Part shown: one piece after another, positions 14,922-26,463 of the stretch | Numbering within the stretch: the stretch's first letter is position 1 | Layout: the number at the start of each line of letters is the position of its first letter | Assembly (NCBI GenBank): GCA_027310925.1 | Contig: DAICZX010000028.1 | Coordinates: 1-31,713, forward strand | Direction of reading: 5' to 3' | From: Candidatus Parcubacteria bacterium | GTDB lineage: Bacteria > Patescibacteriota > Minisyncoccia > Phycocordibacterales > Phycocordibacteraceae | DNA length: 31,713 bases | The notes under the pieces: model-generated | The model's input: the letters and a program-made list of their open reading frames with translations, nothing else | Databases searched by the model: none | Told to the model about the DNA's origin: nothing | Program-made: the position numbers and the translations under genes

Positions 14922-16064
14922 CTACCGAATGGTTGCGTCATATGTCACTGCCGTGGCTGCTTCAAGTTTTTTATGAAACTCGTTTACTTCATTATTGGTG
15001 AGAGTACGTTCAACGCTGCGATACGTAATACGATAGGCATAGCTTACGGCACCCACGCCCAATTTCTTTTCGTTTTGATAGGTATCAATTAGCTTCACTT
15101 CTTCGACCAAATCGCCAGCAATATCGCGTACCAGATCAAAATAATTATTCGGTATGAATTCTTTCCGAACGATAAAAGAGATATCGCGAACAACGGGCGG
15201 ATACTTGCTCACCTCTTTGAAAGCTTGCCCGAGCTTCAACTGTTTCTTGACACGCTCATCACCTGACCATAAAAGCCGGATATCCGGTAGCTCCATTGAG
15301 ATGATGGCGAGTCGCTCAAGACCGAAGCCGAAAGCCCAACCGTTCCATATCGACGAGTCGACGCCAAGGTTATCGAGCACACTCCCTTTCACCACGCCCG
15401 CACCCAACACTTCGACCCATGTGCCGTTACCGTCTTTATCGACTTCCATCTCAAGGGAAGGATCAGTGTACGGGAAGGTGTCCGGGTTGAAGCGATACTT
15501 CACATTCGGACCGAACGCCGCTCTGGCTATATCAGAAAGAACTTTTTTGAGGTCTTCAATGGTGATGATCCCCTTCTCTTTGGGCGCAAGATACCAGCCA
15601 TCAATCTGATGGAATACGTTCATATGCCGTCGATCAATTTCATCCTTTCGGTATACCTTACCGAAGGAGAGCGCCCCGACCGCCTCGCCTGCCACAATTT
15701 TTTTCCGAACGCTCTCTTCTTTAAGCCAGTAGTACCACATCACCGTAGTGTGTGTACGCAACACGTGCGTGTCATTGACAAAATACGAGTCGGATTTTGA
15801 ACGGGCTGGATGGTCCTTAGGGAAGTTGAAAAGATCGAAGACAATGTCCGTACCAATAATTTCAGGTATCTCAATCACATCGTAGTTCTTAAAATCGGGA
15901 ATAGCCTGGATGCGCTGCACGAGCTCATATAGCGGATTATGTGGAGTTCGCGAAAGATCGGGCATCGCCAAATACCGCTTCATTCGCGTTGCCTCTATGT
16001 CCGTTCGTTTCTCCAATTCCTGCTTCAACCGATTTTCTTCGGCCTTCGTTATTTTAATATCCAT
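14922..16064 (-). CDS. pheS: Phenylalanine-tRNA ligase, single-chain type (alpha catalytic domain plus C-terminal FDX-ACB)
   Basis: DHPARSKSDSYF, LRTHTT, GKVYRKDEID..H..VFHQID, FPYTDPSLE and GWAFGFGLERLA motifs, then YPPVVRDISF...YRSVERTLTNNEV (anticodon-binding domain). Start moved to MDIK. Confidence 0.92.
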   Translation of the reverse strand: MDIKITKAEENRLKQELEKRTDIEATRMKRYLAMPDLSRTPHNPLYELVQRIQAIPDFKNYDVIEIPEIIGTDIVFDLFNFPKDHPARSKSDSYFVNDTHVLRTHTTVMWYYWLKEESVRKKIVAGEAVGALSFGKVYRKDEIDRRHMNVFHQIDGWYLAPKEKGIITIEDLKKVLSDIARAAFGPNVKYRFNPDTFPYTDPSLEMEVDKDGNGTWVEVLGAGVVKGSVLDNLGVDSSIWNGWAFGFGLERLAIISMELPDIRLLWSGDERVKKQLKLGQAFKEVSKYPPVVRDISFIVRKEFIPNNYFDLVRDIAGDLVEEVKLIDTYQNEKKLGVGAVSYAYRITYRSVERTLTNNEVNEFHKKLEAATAVTYDATIR

Positions 16065-16122
16065 TACACCATAATGTAACAAAAAAGTAGCTAAAACAAC
16101 AATATTTGCACCAAATTAAAAC

Positions 16123-16701
16123 CTAGATCACTTTGAACTCGTGTAGGACGGACTCGAAACGCGCGATGGTGCGGCGCGTGAGCGATTCGGTGAGGTCGAA
16201 AGAGGAGCCCTCGTGCGCTATCTGATTGCGGACTTTGTGCGCCTCCCAGGCATCCTGGATCGTCTTGAAATGCCCGGGATCGGCGGCTTTCAATTTCTCA
16301 CCGACGCTCTCACCGACGTATCCCTGTCGCGTGAGCATATCGTCGAGCATGATGTCGGCCTCGATAATCGCCTCGCGCCATGCGCTCGGATTCGCGCCTT
16401 CGACAAGCGACTGAATGCGCTCCCAGCGCGGGTGGGCACCTCCAGCCGCCTCTGACGCAACGAGAATGGTGTTGTAATATTTTTCCTCGCGTTCGCGTAG
16501 CTCGAAAAGACGCACTATCGAATAGATAATGACGAAAAGCCCTATGATCGAAATGATATAACCGATTGTGATAACCCATATCCAAATCTGTGCGAGTAGT
16601 GCAGAAAGTTCTGCGGTATTGATCGAAATGCACGCGCCATGGAAGCATTCGTACAATAAGCGAAAAAAATACTCGACATTTATCTGTGTGGCAGCATGCA
16701 T
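16123..16701 (-). CDS. Hypothetical membrane protein
   Basis: One TM helix plus WREAIIEADIMLDDML..GESVGEKLK and AHKVRNQIAHE; no function assigned. Confidence 0.75.
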   Translation of the reverse strand: MHAATQINVEYFFRLLYECFHGACISINTAELSALLAQIWIWVITIGYIISIIGLFVIIYSIVRLFELREREEKYYNTILVASEAAGGAHPRWERIQSLVEGANPSAWREAIIEADIMLDDMLTRQGYVGESVGEKLKAADPGHFKTIQDAWEAHKVRNQIAHEGSSFDLTESLTRRTIARFESVLHEFKVI

Positions 16702-16727
16702 CGCATTTACTAGTATAGCGAAAAATA

Positions 16728-18161
16728 CTAGACGTTATTTGCCTTCTCCACTGCGCTGCCAATTGCAAAAAGAACGTCTTCTGCCTGATGCGGCGCTGTA
16801 AAATGGATACCGACGGGAAGCGACACTCCCGCTCGATTGACGTAACCCATCGGAACAGAAATCGCCGGCATGCCGGTAAGATTCGCGGTCACTGTGAAAA
16901 TGTCTCCGAGATACATTGAGAGCGGATCACTTTTCTCACCAAAGGTAAATGCGGGGGAAGGCGTCGTCGGGAAAACGACGACATCAACTTCTTCGAAGGC
17001 TGTGGAATACTCGCGACGTAGCACGGTGCGCATAGCATCCGCTCGGCGGTAATAGGCATCAATATAACCCGATGAGAGTACGAAGGTACCGAGTAGAATG
17101 CGACGGCGCGGCTCCTCCCCGAATCCCTTAGTGCGCGAAAGAATATAATCATCGAGCAGGGTTTCCCCGCGCTCCGCAAGTCCATAACGGATACCATCGA
17201 GTCGCGCAAGATTGGTCGAAACCTCAGCGGGCATAATGACGTAATACGCGGCGAGTGCGTGTGCGCTCATCGGCAGCTTGATATCAACGAGAACATGTCC
17301 GGCGCGCACGAGTCCGTCGAGTGAGGCATCAAACACGGCGCGCACGTCCGCATCAATGCCATCTCCGAGAAGATGCCTCGGCACGCCAATGCGCAGACTC
17401 TTTGAGACCGAATGCGCAGGATAGAGGTTATCTGGAATCGTCGTCGAATCCATTATGTCTTTGCCGCGAATCGTTTCATAAAGTATGCGGGCGTCTTCCA
17501 CGGTAGCGGTCAAAGGACCGATCTGATCAAGTGACGAGCCCATCGCTATAAGCCCCGAACGAGAAACGGCACCGTAGGTTGGCTTCAATCCAACGATACC
17601 GGTATATGCCGCCGGCTGACGTATAGAGCCGCCGGTATCAGAGCCGAGAGCGGCAAGCGCGAGGTGCGCGGCAAGCGCGACTGCGGAACCGCCGGAAGAG
17701 CCGCCGGGTACCCGCCCCGCGTCATATGGATTTACTGAGGGGCCGAAGGCAGAATTCTCCGTCGAAGAGCCCATGGCAAACTCATCCATATTGGTACGCC
17801 CGACGAAGATCGCACCGGCATCTTTCAATTTCTTCACAACCGTCGCGTCGTAGGTTGCCCGGTAATGCTCAAGCACCTTCGATGCCGCACTTGCCACCTT
17901 TCCTTCGAGCAAAATATTATCCTTGAGTGCAAGCGGAATGCCGCAGAGTAGAGGTGCTTTTGCGCCTTCGGTATCGATGCGTTTCTGCGCGGCACGTAGT
18001 GCTGCATCATCGGTATCGAAAACCTCAAGAAACGCATTGAGTTCTTTGTTACGCACATGTGCCTCGTTGACGCACGCGTCCCAAAGTTCGCGCACGGAAC
18101 ATTCACGCGTACGCAACGCGCGGGCCGCCTCAACCATCGTCATCTCATTCAATTTAGTCAT
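16728..18161 (-). CDS. gatA: Asp/Glu-tRNA amidotransferase subunit A
   Basis: GIPLALKDN, TNMDEFAMGSSTE, PGGSSGGS, GSDTGGSIRQPA and RRRILLGTFVLSSGY motifs. Confidence 0.97.
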   Translation of the reverse strand: MTKLNEMTMVEAARALRTRECSVRELWDACVNEAHVRNKELNAFLEVFDTDDAALRAAQKRIDTEGAKAPLLCGIPLALKDNILLEGKVASAASKVLEHYRATYDATVVKKLKDAGAIFVGRTNMDEFAMGSSTENSAFGPSVNPYDAGRVPGGSSGGSAVALAAHLALAALGSDTGGSIRQPAAYTGIVGLKPTYGAVSRSGLIAMGSSLDQIGPLTATVEDARILYETIRGKDIMDSTTIPDNLYPAHSVSKSLRIGVPRHLLGDGIDADVRAVFDASLDGLVRAGHVLVDIKLPMSAHALAAYYVIMPAEVSTNLARLDGIRYGLAERGETLLDDYILSRTKGFGEEPRRRILLGTFVLSSGYIDAYYRRADAMRTVLRREYSTAFEEVDVVVFPTTPSPAFTFGEKSDPLSMYLGDIFTVTANLTGMPAISVPMGYVNRAGVSLPVGIHFTAPHQAEDVLFAIGSAVEKANNV

Positions 18162-18447
18162 GAGAAATAATCTGCTTCACCGAGAGTGCATCTCCGTCAT
18201 GCGCAGGAAATTGTTCAGTAAGTTTTGCGGTATACGCACCGGACACGTGCGGTTCGCCATCCTCACGCATGACGTTGCGTAAGAGAGGTTTCTCTTCATG
18301 GACATCCTGTGGGAGGTCGAGCTGTGTAAGCTGCCCGACATACGCGAGTATTGCATCGAATTCTTTAGTGAACTTCTCAAGCTCTGCGTCTTCAACCTTA
18401 ATACGCGCAAGTGCCGCGAGCTTTTTTACTTCCGCTGCTGTCGCCAT
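18154..18447 (-). CDS. gatC: Asp/Glu-tRNA amidotransferase subunit C
   Basis: EVKKLAALARI...LRNVMRED; overlaps the gatA start. Confidence 0.92.
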   Translation of the reverse strand: MATAAEVKKLAALARIKVEDAELEKFTKEFDAILAYVGQLTQLDLPQDVHEEKPLLRNVMREDGEPHVSGAYTAKLTEQFPAHDGDALSVKQIISHD

Positions 18448-18459
18448 GGAGGCACTCTA

Positions 18460-20472
<2,013 letters not shown>

Positions 20473-20985
20473 TCAATAGTGGGAATCGAGACCACTTGAC
20501 ACAAAATTTACGCCATTTGAATTCGTCACCGTATTACAAGCTACGTTGTAGCCCTGCGAGAAAATATAGGTGGTTATACCATTCGGCAAAGCCGTAGCAT
20601 ATTTATAAATTGTGACATCAGCGCAGCGCGGATTACCTGTGTTGTTATCTAACAAGAAACGATACGTGAGTTCCCAATATGATAGGTTTTCCGCAACTAT
20701 TGACGAGCTAACCGGTGGAGCACCATCACACTCTACTGATGGCTGCGATGGTGGCGGATTTGGTGGTTGGTAGGCGAAAGAGTTCTCACGTTGGTCATAA
20801 TATAGGATGCACTCAAGTGCGGCGTCGGCCGCATAGAACGCATATTGCGACTCTACGCCTGTAGAAGCGAGTGTCTCCTGCTTATAACCGAGCGAACCAA
20901 GCGCAACGCCAAGACTGAGCATAACCGCCATAAAGATAACGGCGATGAGGAGCGCGAATCCCTGTTGTGTTTTTCTTATTGCCAT
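20473..20985 (-). CDS. PilX-like minor pilin
   Basis: QQGFALLIAVIFM prepilin-like N-terminus without E5; AFYAADAALECILY. Start at MAIRK overlaps the upstream stop region. Confidence 0.75.
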   Translation of the reverse strand: MAIRKTQQGFALLIAVIFMAVMLSLGVALGSLGYKQETLASTGVESQYAFYAADAALECILYYDQRENSFAYQPPNPPPSQPSVECDGAPPVSSSIVAENLSYWELTYRFLLDNNTGNPRCADVTIYKYATALPNGITTYIFSQGYNVACNTVTNSNGVNFVSSGLDSHY

Positions 20986-21605
20986 GGCGTCAAGTGATCG
21001 GTAACCGTTACCGTGTATGTATTGTTGTGGAAATTCCATGTGACGATCGATTGTATTAGAATTTCAACCGGATTTCCATTTGTGTCAAGAGGCACACCAG
21101 ATATGCTTTCGGCTTGGAATGTGCGCGTGAATGGTGTTAGCGTCCCCGATAAATTAGTAGTTGAATAAATGCCAGAAGATGGGTCAAGATAAAGTGGGCT
21201 GCAATTCTCCGCACTGGTGTTACATTGGTTAAGAGCAACGCTCATCGACTGACTCGGACTGGCGTCGAGTGTGCAAGTTTTATTGGGGCTCTGATTAAAA
21301 CACTTACTAATGGACCATGGGTTGCTTGGACCATTGTTGCCCTTGAGAAAGTTGTTCCAACCATCAAGCGGAGCGTACTGAGAGGTGCCCAGGTCTATCG
21401 CATACGCGCTTAGGTATGCATCGTCACGCATCGTACGTACGTACTCGATTCCCTCTTGTGCGAGATATGAGGCGGTGATTTGATCGTTCGAGAGCTCGGC
21501 TGCAACAATGGCGCTATTTGCAGTATACATTGGTCCTACGATCGCAAGCGCGACGATCGCTATTGCAACCATGGCTTCGATAAGGGTAAATCCTTTTGTA
21601 TTCAT
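20976..21605 (-). CDS. PilV-like minor pilin
   Basis: MNTKG/FTLIEAMVAI class III signal; ASYLAQEGIEYVR. Confidence 0.85.
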   Translation of the reverse strand: MNTKGFTLIEAMVAIAIVALAIVGPMYTANSAIVAAELSNDQITASYLAQEGIEYVRTMRDDAYLSAYAIDLGTSQYAPLDGWNNFLKGNNGPSNPWSISKCFNQSPNKTCTLDASPSQSMSVALNQCNTSAENCSPLYLDPSSGIYSTTNLSGTLTPFTRTFQAESISGVPLDTNGNPVEILIQSIVTWNFHNNTYTVTVTDHLTPWQ

Positions 21606-22150
21606 ATATCGGAACCGCGCCATGCTGCGCTTGACTCAATGTTAAAATGTTGCGGGATGCTCCCTGGACCAGCGGAGACCGTTCCGGAGACAATAATCGT
21701 AACGTAAGGCTGAAGTATGTCCCCACTTTGGTTGTATGACTCGACGCCAGACGCATAAAAATTAAGTCGAGTAATATCCACCGAGGGATCAGTGAGAGAA
21801 ATTGGCGAACCGCTATTTATTGTTTCTTGTATTGATCCGTTTGCGGTGTTGGTTGGTTGATTAAAAGTATACGTAACCGACTGATTGGTTGCGTCTGTGA
21901 ATGTGAAGCTCGAGCTCTGACAGAGTGCCTGTGACCCGCCACAATAATTTGAGCCGGAACGAATGTTACGCGTCATGCTCCCAAGCGCGAAGGAGACGTT
22001 GTCGATCCCGGTTGCAATAGCTTGGGCCCGTTGGCTAATATGGATCATTATAAGATAAGCACTTGCGGCTATCGTCATAACAGACGCGAATAATCCAATT
22101 GCAACCATAAGTTCGATGAGTGTAAATCCTTTTGTCATATCGTTTTTCAT
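21602..22150 (-). CDS. PilW-like minor pilin
   Basis: KG/FTLIELMVAI class III signal; ATGA overlap with the upstream stop. Confidence 0.85.
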   Translation of the reverse strand: MKNDMTKGFTLIELMVAIGLFASVMTIAASAYLIMIHISQRAQAIATGIDNVSFALGSMTRNIRSGSNYCGGSQALCQSSSFTFTDATNQSVTYTFNQPTNTANGSIQETINSGSPISLTDPSVDITRLNFYASGVESYNQSGDILQPYVTIIVSGTVSAGPGSIPQHFNIESSAAWRGSDI

Positions 22151-22800
22151 GATGGGCATGGAGAATTATCCACGTTTATTTCCCCCAATGTGTCGATCAA
22201 AACAGCACGAACTCCACCTTGGGGTGAAATAACAGCAATACACGCTTTCGTGTAAGGCGAGGAGGGAGGGGGTACAGATCCGTTACTGCTAATTATGGCA
22301 TCTCCATTTGGTCGCGAAAATACAACATCAAGTGTTAACTGGCCGCAAGTCCAAGACGAATTTTTCTGGACACAGAGATCATTTATCGTGATGCCGTTCT
22401 CAAGCGTGTAAGGATTTACCAGCGTATCTTTACCTGCAGTGTAAACACAATCACCGTAAATAGTGTCAGGACTATCAAGAACACTTCCCGGTGGATGACA
22501 AGAACCTCCCGACCCTGTATATGTATCCGCAAAGATGAGAAAAGAATTTTGCTCCCCTATATCAAAGTGAACGCCATATCCAACGTTCTCGATACTATTA
22601 TTATTAGAATGACCACCGAGTCCAAAGTTTTCTGCAGAACGTGTCGCAAGCGCAATATCATATGCTGTATTCGCAAGAATAACGGTCTTATTAAAAGAAG
22701 CCTGACTGGTAATCGTAATTGCCGTCACGACGAGAATAATTGCCGTCACGACCAAAAGTTCTATTAGTGTAAAGCCACGATGAGTGTGAATAGATTCCAT
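22147..22800 (-). CDS. FimT/GspH-like minor pilin
   Basis: RG/FTLIELLVV class III signal; GYGVHF and VVFSRP segments. Confidence 0.82.
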   Translation of the reverse strand: MESIHTHRGFTLIELLVVTAIILVVTAITITSQASFNKTVILANTAYDIALATRSAENFGLGGHSNNNSIENVGYGVHFDIGEQNSFLIFADTYTGSGGSCHPPGSVLDSPDTIYGDCVYTAGKDTLVNPYTLENGITINDLCVQKNSSWTCGQLTLDVVFSRPNGDAIISSNGSVPPPSSPYTKACIAVISPQGGVRAVLIDTLGEINVDNSPCPS

Positions 22801-23528
22801 TGGGTAAAGTACGCGAGAAGGAAACCGGCGGCCAGGAATGGCGCAAACGGAACCTCAACTCCCATTCTAGAGCCACGAGGCCTCCGCGCCAATATGATTA
22901 TCCCAATAACTGCGCCAGTCCAAAATGAAAAAACAAATCCAGTCAATGCTGCTGAGCCAGTAAGGAGAGCGCACCCGAACGCAAACGGCGCGTCAGCGAG
23001 TCCCATGGCACGACCGCGCGAGAGGAGGTGGATTAGTGCGAGAGATGCCGCAATAAGCAACGCAGTGGGGATTGTCCCCCAAAAGGCGGCCGGTGACGGC
23101 GAAGCTATGAAACCCGTCACCGCGGCCGTGAGTACGAATACCACAAGAAACCAGGGGGGTAGTATTTGGTGCGCAAGGTCATACAGGACAAGCGCGAGCA
23201 TTATTGATAGTGAGAGCAACGTGAGTGGCAATACGCTAACGAGACCGATCTTAAGATATGCGAGAACGAAGAGTCCGCCGAAACTCATTTCGCTTAACGG
23301 CGCAATAAATGAGATGCGTGTACCGCAGCATTGCGCACGACCTCTCGAAACAAAATACGATAGGACGGGGATGAGTGAGGCCGGCCGAAGCGTCTCGTTG
23401 CAGGCATCACAATGCGAACGACCCGAAAGAGAACTCTGGCCAGTGTTAAGACGCGCAACAAGCACGCCTATAAAACTCGCGATGATAGCGCCGAACGCGA
23501 ACAATGTCGCGACCGAGAGAATAAACAT
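22764..23528 (-). CDS. pilD: Prepilin peptidase (A24)
   Basis: IIASFIGVLVARL, RSHCDAC, LIPVLSY, YDLAHQIL, MGLAD and VPFAPFL motifs. Start moved to MFILS, 6 nt after TATAAT. Confidence 0.9.
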   Translation of the reverse strand: MFILSVATLFAFGAIIASFIGVLVARLNTGQSSLSGRSHCDACNETLRPASLIPVLSYFVSRGRAQCCGTRISFIAPLSEMSFGGLFVLAYLKIGLVSVLPLTLLSLSIMLALVLYDLAHQILPPWFLVVFVLTAAVTGFIASPSPAAFWGTIPTALLIAASLALIHLLSRGRAMGLADAPFAFGCALLTGSAALTGFVFSFWTGAVIGIIILARRPRGSRMGVEVPFAPFLAAGFLLAYFTQWNLFTLIVALH

Positions 23529-23537
23529 GCATGTATT

Positions 23538-23576
23538 ATAACAGAAACTCACGGATACTCCGTGAGTTTCTGTTAT
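23538..23576. terminator. Terminator downstream of the major pilin gene
   Basis: Perfect 18-bp inverted repeat ATAACAGAAACTCACGGA / TCCGTGAGTTTCTGTTAT with a 3-nt loop. Confidence 0.85.
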
Positions 23577-23594
23577 GCATTCGACAAAAGAAAA

Positions 23595-24110
23595 TTAGTT
23601 GCAGACAGTCGCTCCAGCCGCTGCATGTGCTCCATCTGTACCTATCAATCCCGTATAGGGGACACCAGCAGACGTGGTAGTTCTTGCTACCCCAGTACTA
23701 TCAATACACTGCGCAAGGGCGGAACCGGTGCCAGTCGACGGAAGAGGATATGCGATCGAATAGGCTGAACCATTTGCTGTAATACCGCAATCGCCTGCAC
23801 CACCACCGTCAGTCTCAGCACCAGTAAGTGCGTTCTGAATCGTCTGGTCGTAAAGAATACTGTTATTTGTTGAAGGAGCTGCACACGAAGAAACAGCAGC
23901 GTTACTTGTATTGTAAGAATTACCAAGATTCGTGTAATCGAGTTCGGCTTGAACGCGTACTGATGCAAGATTAGAGAGAGCAGCTGCAACATTACCCTTC
24001 GTACGAGCAGTATTAAGAGACGCAAGCACGACTGCCGAGAGAATACCGATGATGGCGATTACGACGAGTAATTCGATAAGAGTGAAGCCTCGGAAACGAT
24101 TTTTGTACAT
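23595..24110 (-). CDS. Type IV pilin (probable major pilin)
   Basis: RG/FTLIELLVVIAIIGILSAVVLASL..AR; own promoter and terminator; C-terminal Cys residues. Confidence 0.9.
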   Translation of the reverse strand: MYKNRFRGFTLIELLVVIAIIGILSAVVLASLNTARTKGNVAAALSNLASVRVQAELDYTNLGNSYNTSNAAVSSCAAPSTNNSILYDQTIQNALTGAETDGGGAGDCGITANGSAYSIAYPLPSTGTGSALAQCIDSTGVARTTTSAGVPYTGLIGTDGAHAAAGATVCN

Positions 24111-24186
24111 AAATTATTATAGGTGACTAATAGGTTAATTGTACTGGACGCAAGTCGTTAGTGGAATAGTGGGTGTGGATAACGCC

Positions 24187-25392
24187 CTATATGGCGTTCG
24201 CGAGGTTATAAATCGGAAGCAAAACGGCGGCAACCAATATGCCAACGGCGAGCCCGAGAGCCACAATCATAATCGGCTCGATAAGTCCGACCAACGTGTC
24301 GACGGCATTTTGCACTTCGCGGTTATAGAACTTTGCGAGTGTCGTAAGGATCTTGCCAAGCTCACCCGTCTCCTCACCGACACGAGTCATGGCGACCATG
24401 ATACCTGGTATATCAGGATGTTTGGCAAGCGAGTCCGAAATGGAAGCCCCCCCTTTCACGTCCTTGCCGACTTCCTCAAGAATAACCTTAAACGCGGCAT
24501 TGCCAACAACCGAGGATGTAATCTCAATCGCCTCGACAACCGAAACGCCCGAGAGAAGCATGGTGGCGAAGTTGTCTGCGATACGCGAGAGATACAACTT
24601 CCGATAAAGGTCCCCGACATAGGGGATGCCGATCTTCAGACTGTCGAGCATCAGTTTCCCGCGTTCGGTCTTCCCAAGTTGCCACGCATAAACACCGAGG
24701 CCGATAAGCGCTATGAGCACAAAAATACCGTAGTGGATGATGAAGTTCGATAATCCAATAATAATTTGCGTATAGATTGGTATCGGTTGTCCAGAATCGA
24801 CTAAAACGGCGGTGATGTTCGGTATAACGATCGTAAGCATGAGGGTCATTACCGCGAAGAAGACCCCGATGACAAAAATCGGATAAATAAGTGCGTTTTC
24901 AGCTTTACTAATGAGATCGTAGGAACGGTCGAGATAATCGGCGAGGTAATTGAATGTCTCCGACAATTTCCCGGACTCTTCTCCCGCGCGAACCATGTTC
25001 ACATAGAACGCCGAGAAAGCCTTCGGATGGCGCTGCAGAGCCTTACTAATTGGAGTTCCTCCCTGAATGTCGTCCCCGACGGTCGAAAGAATGGTTGCAA
25101 GATACTTGTTATCAACTTCGGCGGCAAGAAGGCGAAATACGCGAAGCGCCGAGACCTGCGCCTCAAACAGGGTCGCTATCTGACGGGAGAGAATGACGAT
25201 TTCCTTATTGGATACTCGATTGAAAAGCGCTATATCCATATCGAGCACCGAGTGCTTTTCCGCAGAACCGATTGCAGAAATAATAAGATTGCGTCGCTGG
25301 AGCGCCGAAATCGCCACCTCCTGCGAAGGAGCCTCTATGGTTCCGTCGCGCTCCTGTCCGTCCTGATCAATCGCGTGGTATTTGAAAAGCAT
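24187..25392 (-). CDS. pilC: Type IV pilus inner-membrane platform protein
   Basis: Two T2SSF domains; RAGEESGKL, GEETGEL and LIEPIMI motifs. Confidence 0.93.
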   Translation of the reverse strand: MLFKYHAIDQDGQERDGTIEAPSQEVAISALQRRNLIISAIGSAEKHSVLDMDIALFNRVSNKEIVILSRQIATLFEAQVSALRVFRLLAAEVDNKYLATILSTVGDDIQGGTPISKALQRHPKAFSAFYVNMVRAGEESGKLSETFNYLADYLDRSYDLISKAENALIYPIFVIGVFFAVMTLMLTIVIPNITAVLVDSGQPIPIYTQIIIGLSNFIIHYGIFVLIALIGLGVYAWQLGKTERGKLMLDSLKIGIPYVGDLYRKLYLSRIADNFATMLLSGVSVVEAIEITSSVVGNAAFKVILEEVGKDVKGGASISDSLAKHPDIPGIMVAMTRVGEETGELGKILTTLAKFYNREVQNAVDTLVGLIEPIMIVALGLAVGILVAAVLLPIYNLANAI

Positions 25393-25395
25393 GGT

Positions 25396-26457
25396 CTAGA
25401 GGTAATGCTCGAAGGTCTTCGGATCCATAGCGTGTTCGTAGGCATGTTCGACGGTCACCTCACCCCGGTGCACAAGATCCGAAAGCATGCGATCCATATC
25501 GATCATACCTTCCTGCGACGAAGTTTGAATAATGCCGCTGATCTCATGGGTCTGCCCACCGCGAATAAGGTTCGCCACCGCATTATTATTTATAAGGAGC
25601 TCGTACGCTGGGATGAGTCCGCCCGAGATGCGCGGAATAAGCCGTTGGGAGAAGATGGCCGCGAGAGAACCCGCTAACTGCACACGCACTTGATCCTGCT
25701 GTTCGGCTGGGAACATATCGATGATACGGTCAATAGTCTGCGCCGCATTGTTAGTATGAAGCGTTGAGAATACAAGGTGACCGGTTTCAGCAGCAGTCAC
25801 TGCCGACGAAATAGTTTCATAATCGCGCATTTCGCCAACCATGATGACGTCTACATCCTCACGGAACGCGCTTTGCAGTGCGGCATGAAAGTCGGGCGCG
25901 TCTATGTGAATCTCGCGCTGGTTTATGAGTGACTTTTTCTGCACAAAGAGATACTCGACTGGATCTTCGATGGTGAGGATGTGTTCTGCGCGTGTCTCAT
26001 TGATACGATTTATCATGGCCGCAAGTGTCGTTGATTTTCCCTGTCCTACCGGACCGACGCAAAGAAAGAAACCCTGTTCACGCTGTGTGAAAACTTCGAG
26101 CACCGAAGGCAAGTTGAGTTCAGAAAATGAACGAGAAGAAGACGGTATGAGCCGAAGCGCAAGCGCGGTCGCCCCTTGCACACGGTAACCGTTGATGCGA
26201 AAACGTTCATTTGCGCTGTGTGCATAGGAAAGATCGATAGTCTGATCCTTCTTAAAAGAGTCCCAACGATCCGGTGGCACGACGCTCTTGAGCATTGATT
26301 CGGTATCATCGGGCGTGAATGCGGGATATTTAGCGAGTGATAGTAATTCACCCGCAACACGGATCATGGGTGACCCTCCAGCAAAAATATGGAGATCCGA
26401 GCCGCCTTCCGCGACGACAACATTAAGGAGTTCCATGAGACGTTTTTCGATAGCCAT
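25396..26457 (-). CDS. pilT: Type IV pilus retraction ATPase
   Basis: GPVGQGKSTT, TIEDPVE, REDVDVIMVGEMRD, AAETGHLVFSTLHT and ANLIR motifs. Confidence 0.93.
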   Translation of the reverse strand: MAIEKRLMELLNVVVAEGGSDLHIFAGGSPMIRVAGELLSLAKYPAFTPDDTESMLKSVVPPDRWDSFKKDQTIDLSYAHSANERFRINGYRVQGATALALRLIPSSSRSFSELNLPSVLEVFTQREQGFFLCVGPVGQGKSTTLAAMINRINETRAEHILTIEDPVEYLFVQKKSLINQREIHIDAPDFHAALQSAFREDVDVIMVGEMRDYETISSAVTAAETGHLVFSTLHTNNAAQTIDRIIDMFPAEQQDQVRVQLAGSLAAIFSQRLIPRISGGLIPAYELLINNNAVANLIRGGQTHEISGIIQTSSQEGMIDMDRMLSDLVHRGEVTVEHAYEHAMDPKTFEHYL

Positions 26458-26463
26458 ATGGTA

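Noticed and set aside
16728-18447. gatB missing from the gatC-gatA pair
   Set aside because: gatB is often unlinked; absence from this window is uninformative.
24174-24182. DnaA box (TGTGGATAA) between the pilin gene and pilC
   Set aside because: A single box in a short intergenic gap, with no cluster, AT-rich unwinding element or dnaA nearby; not evidence of oriC.
22780-25677. Long antisense ORFs (22780-23541, 24139-24753, 25027-25677) and similar shadow ORFs elsewhere
   Set aside because: They lie opposite well-supported pil genes and show no recognisable motifs or start signals.
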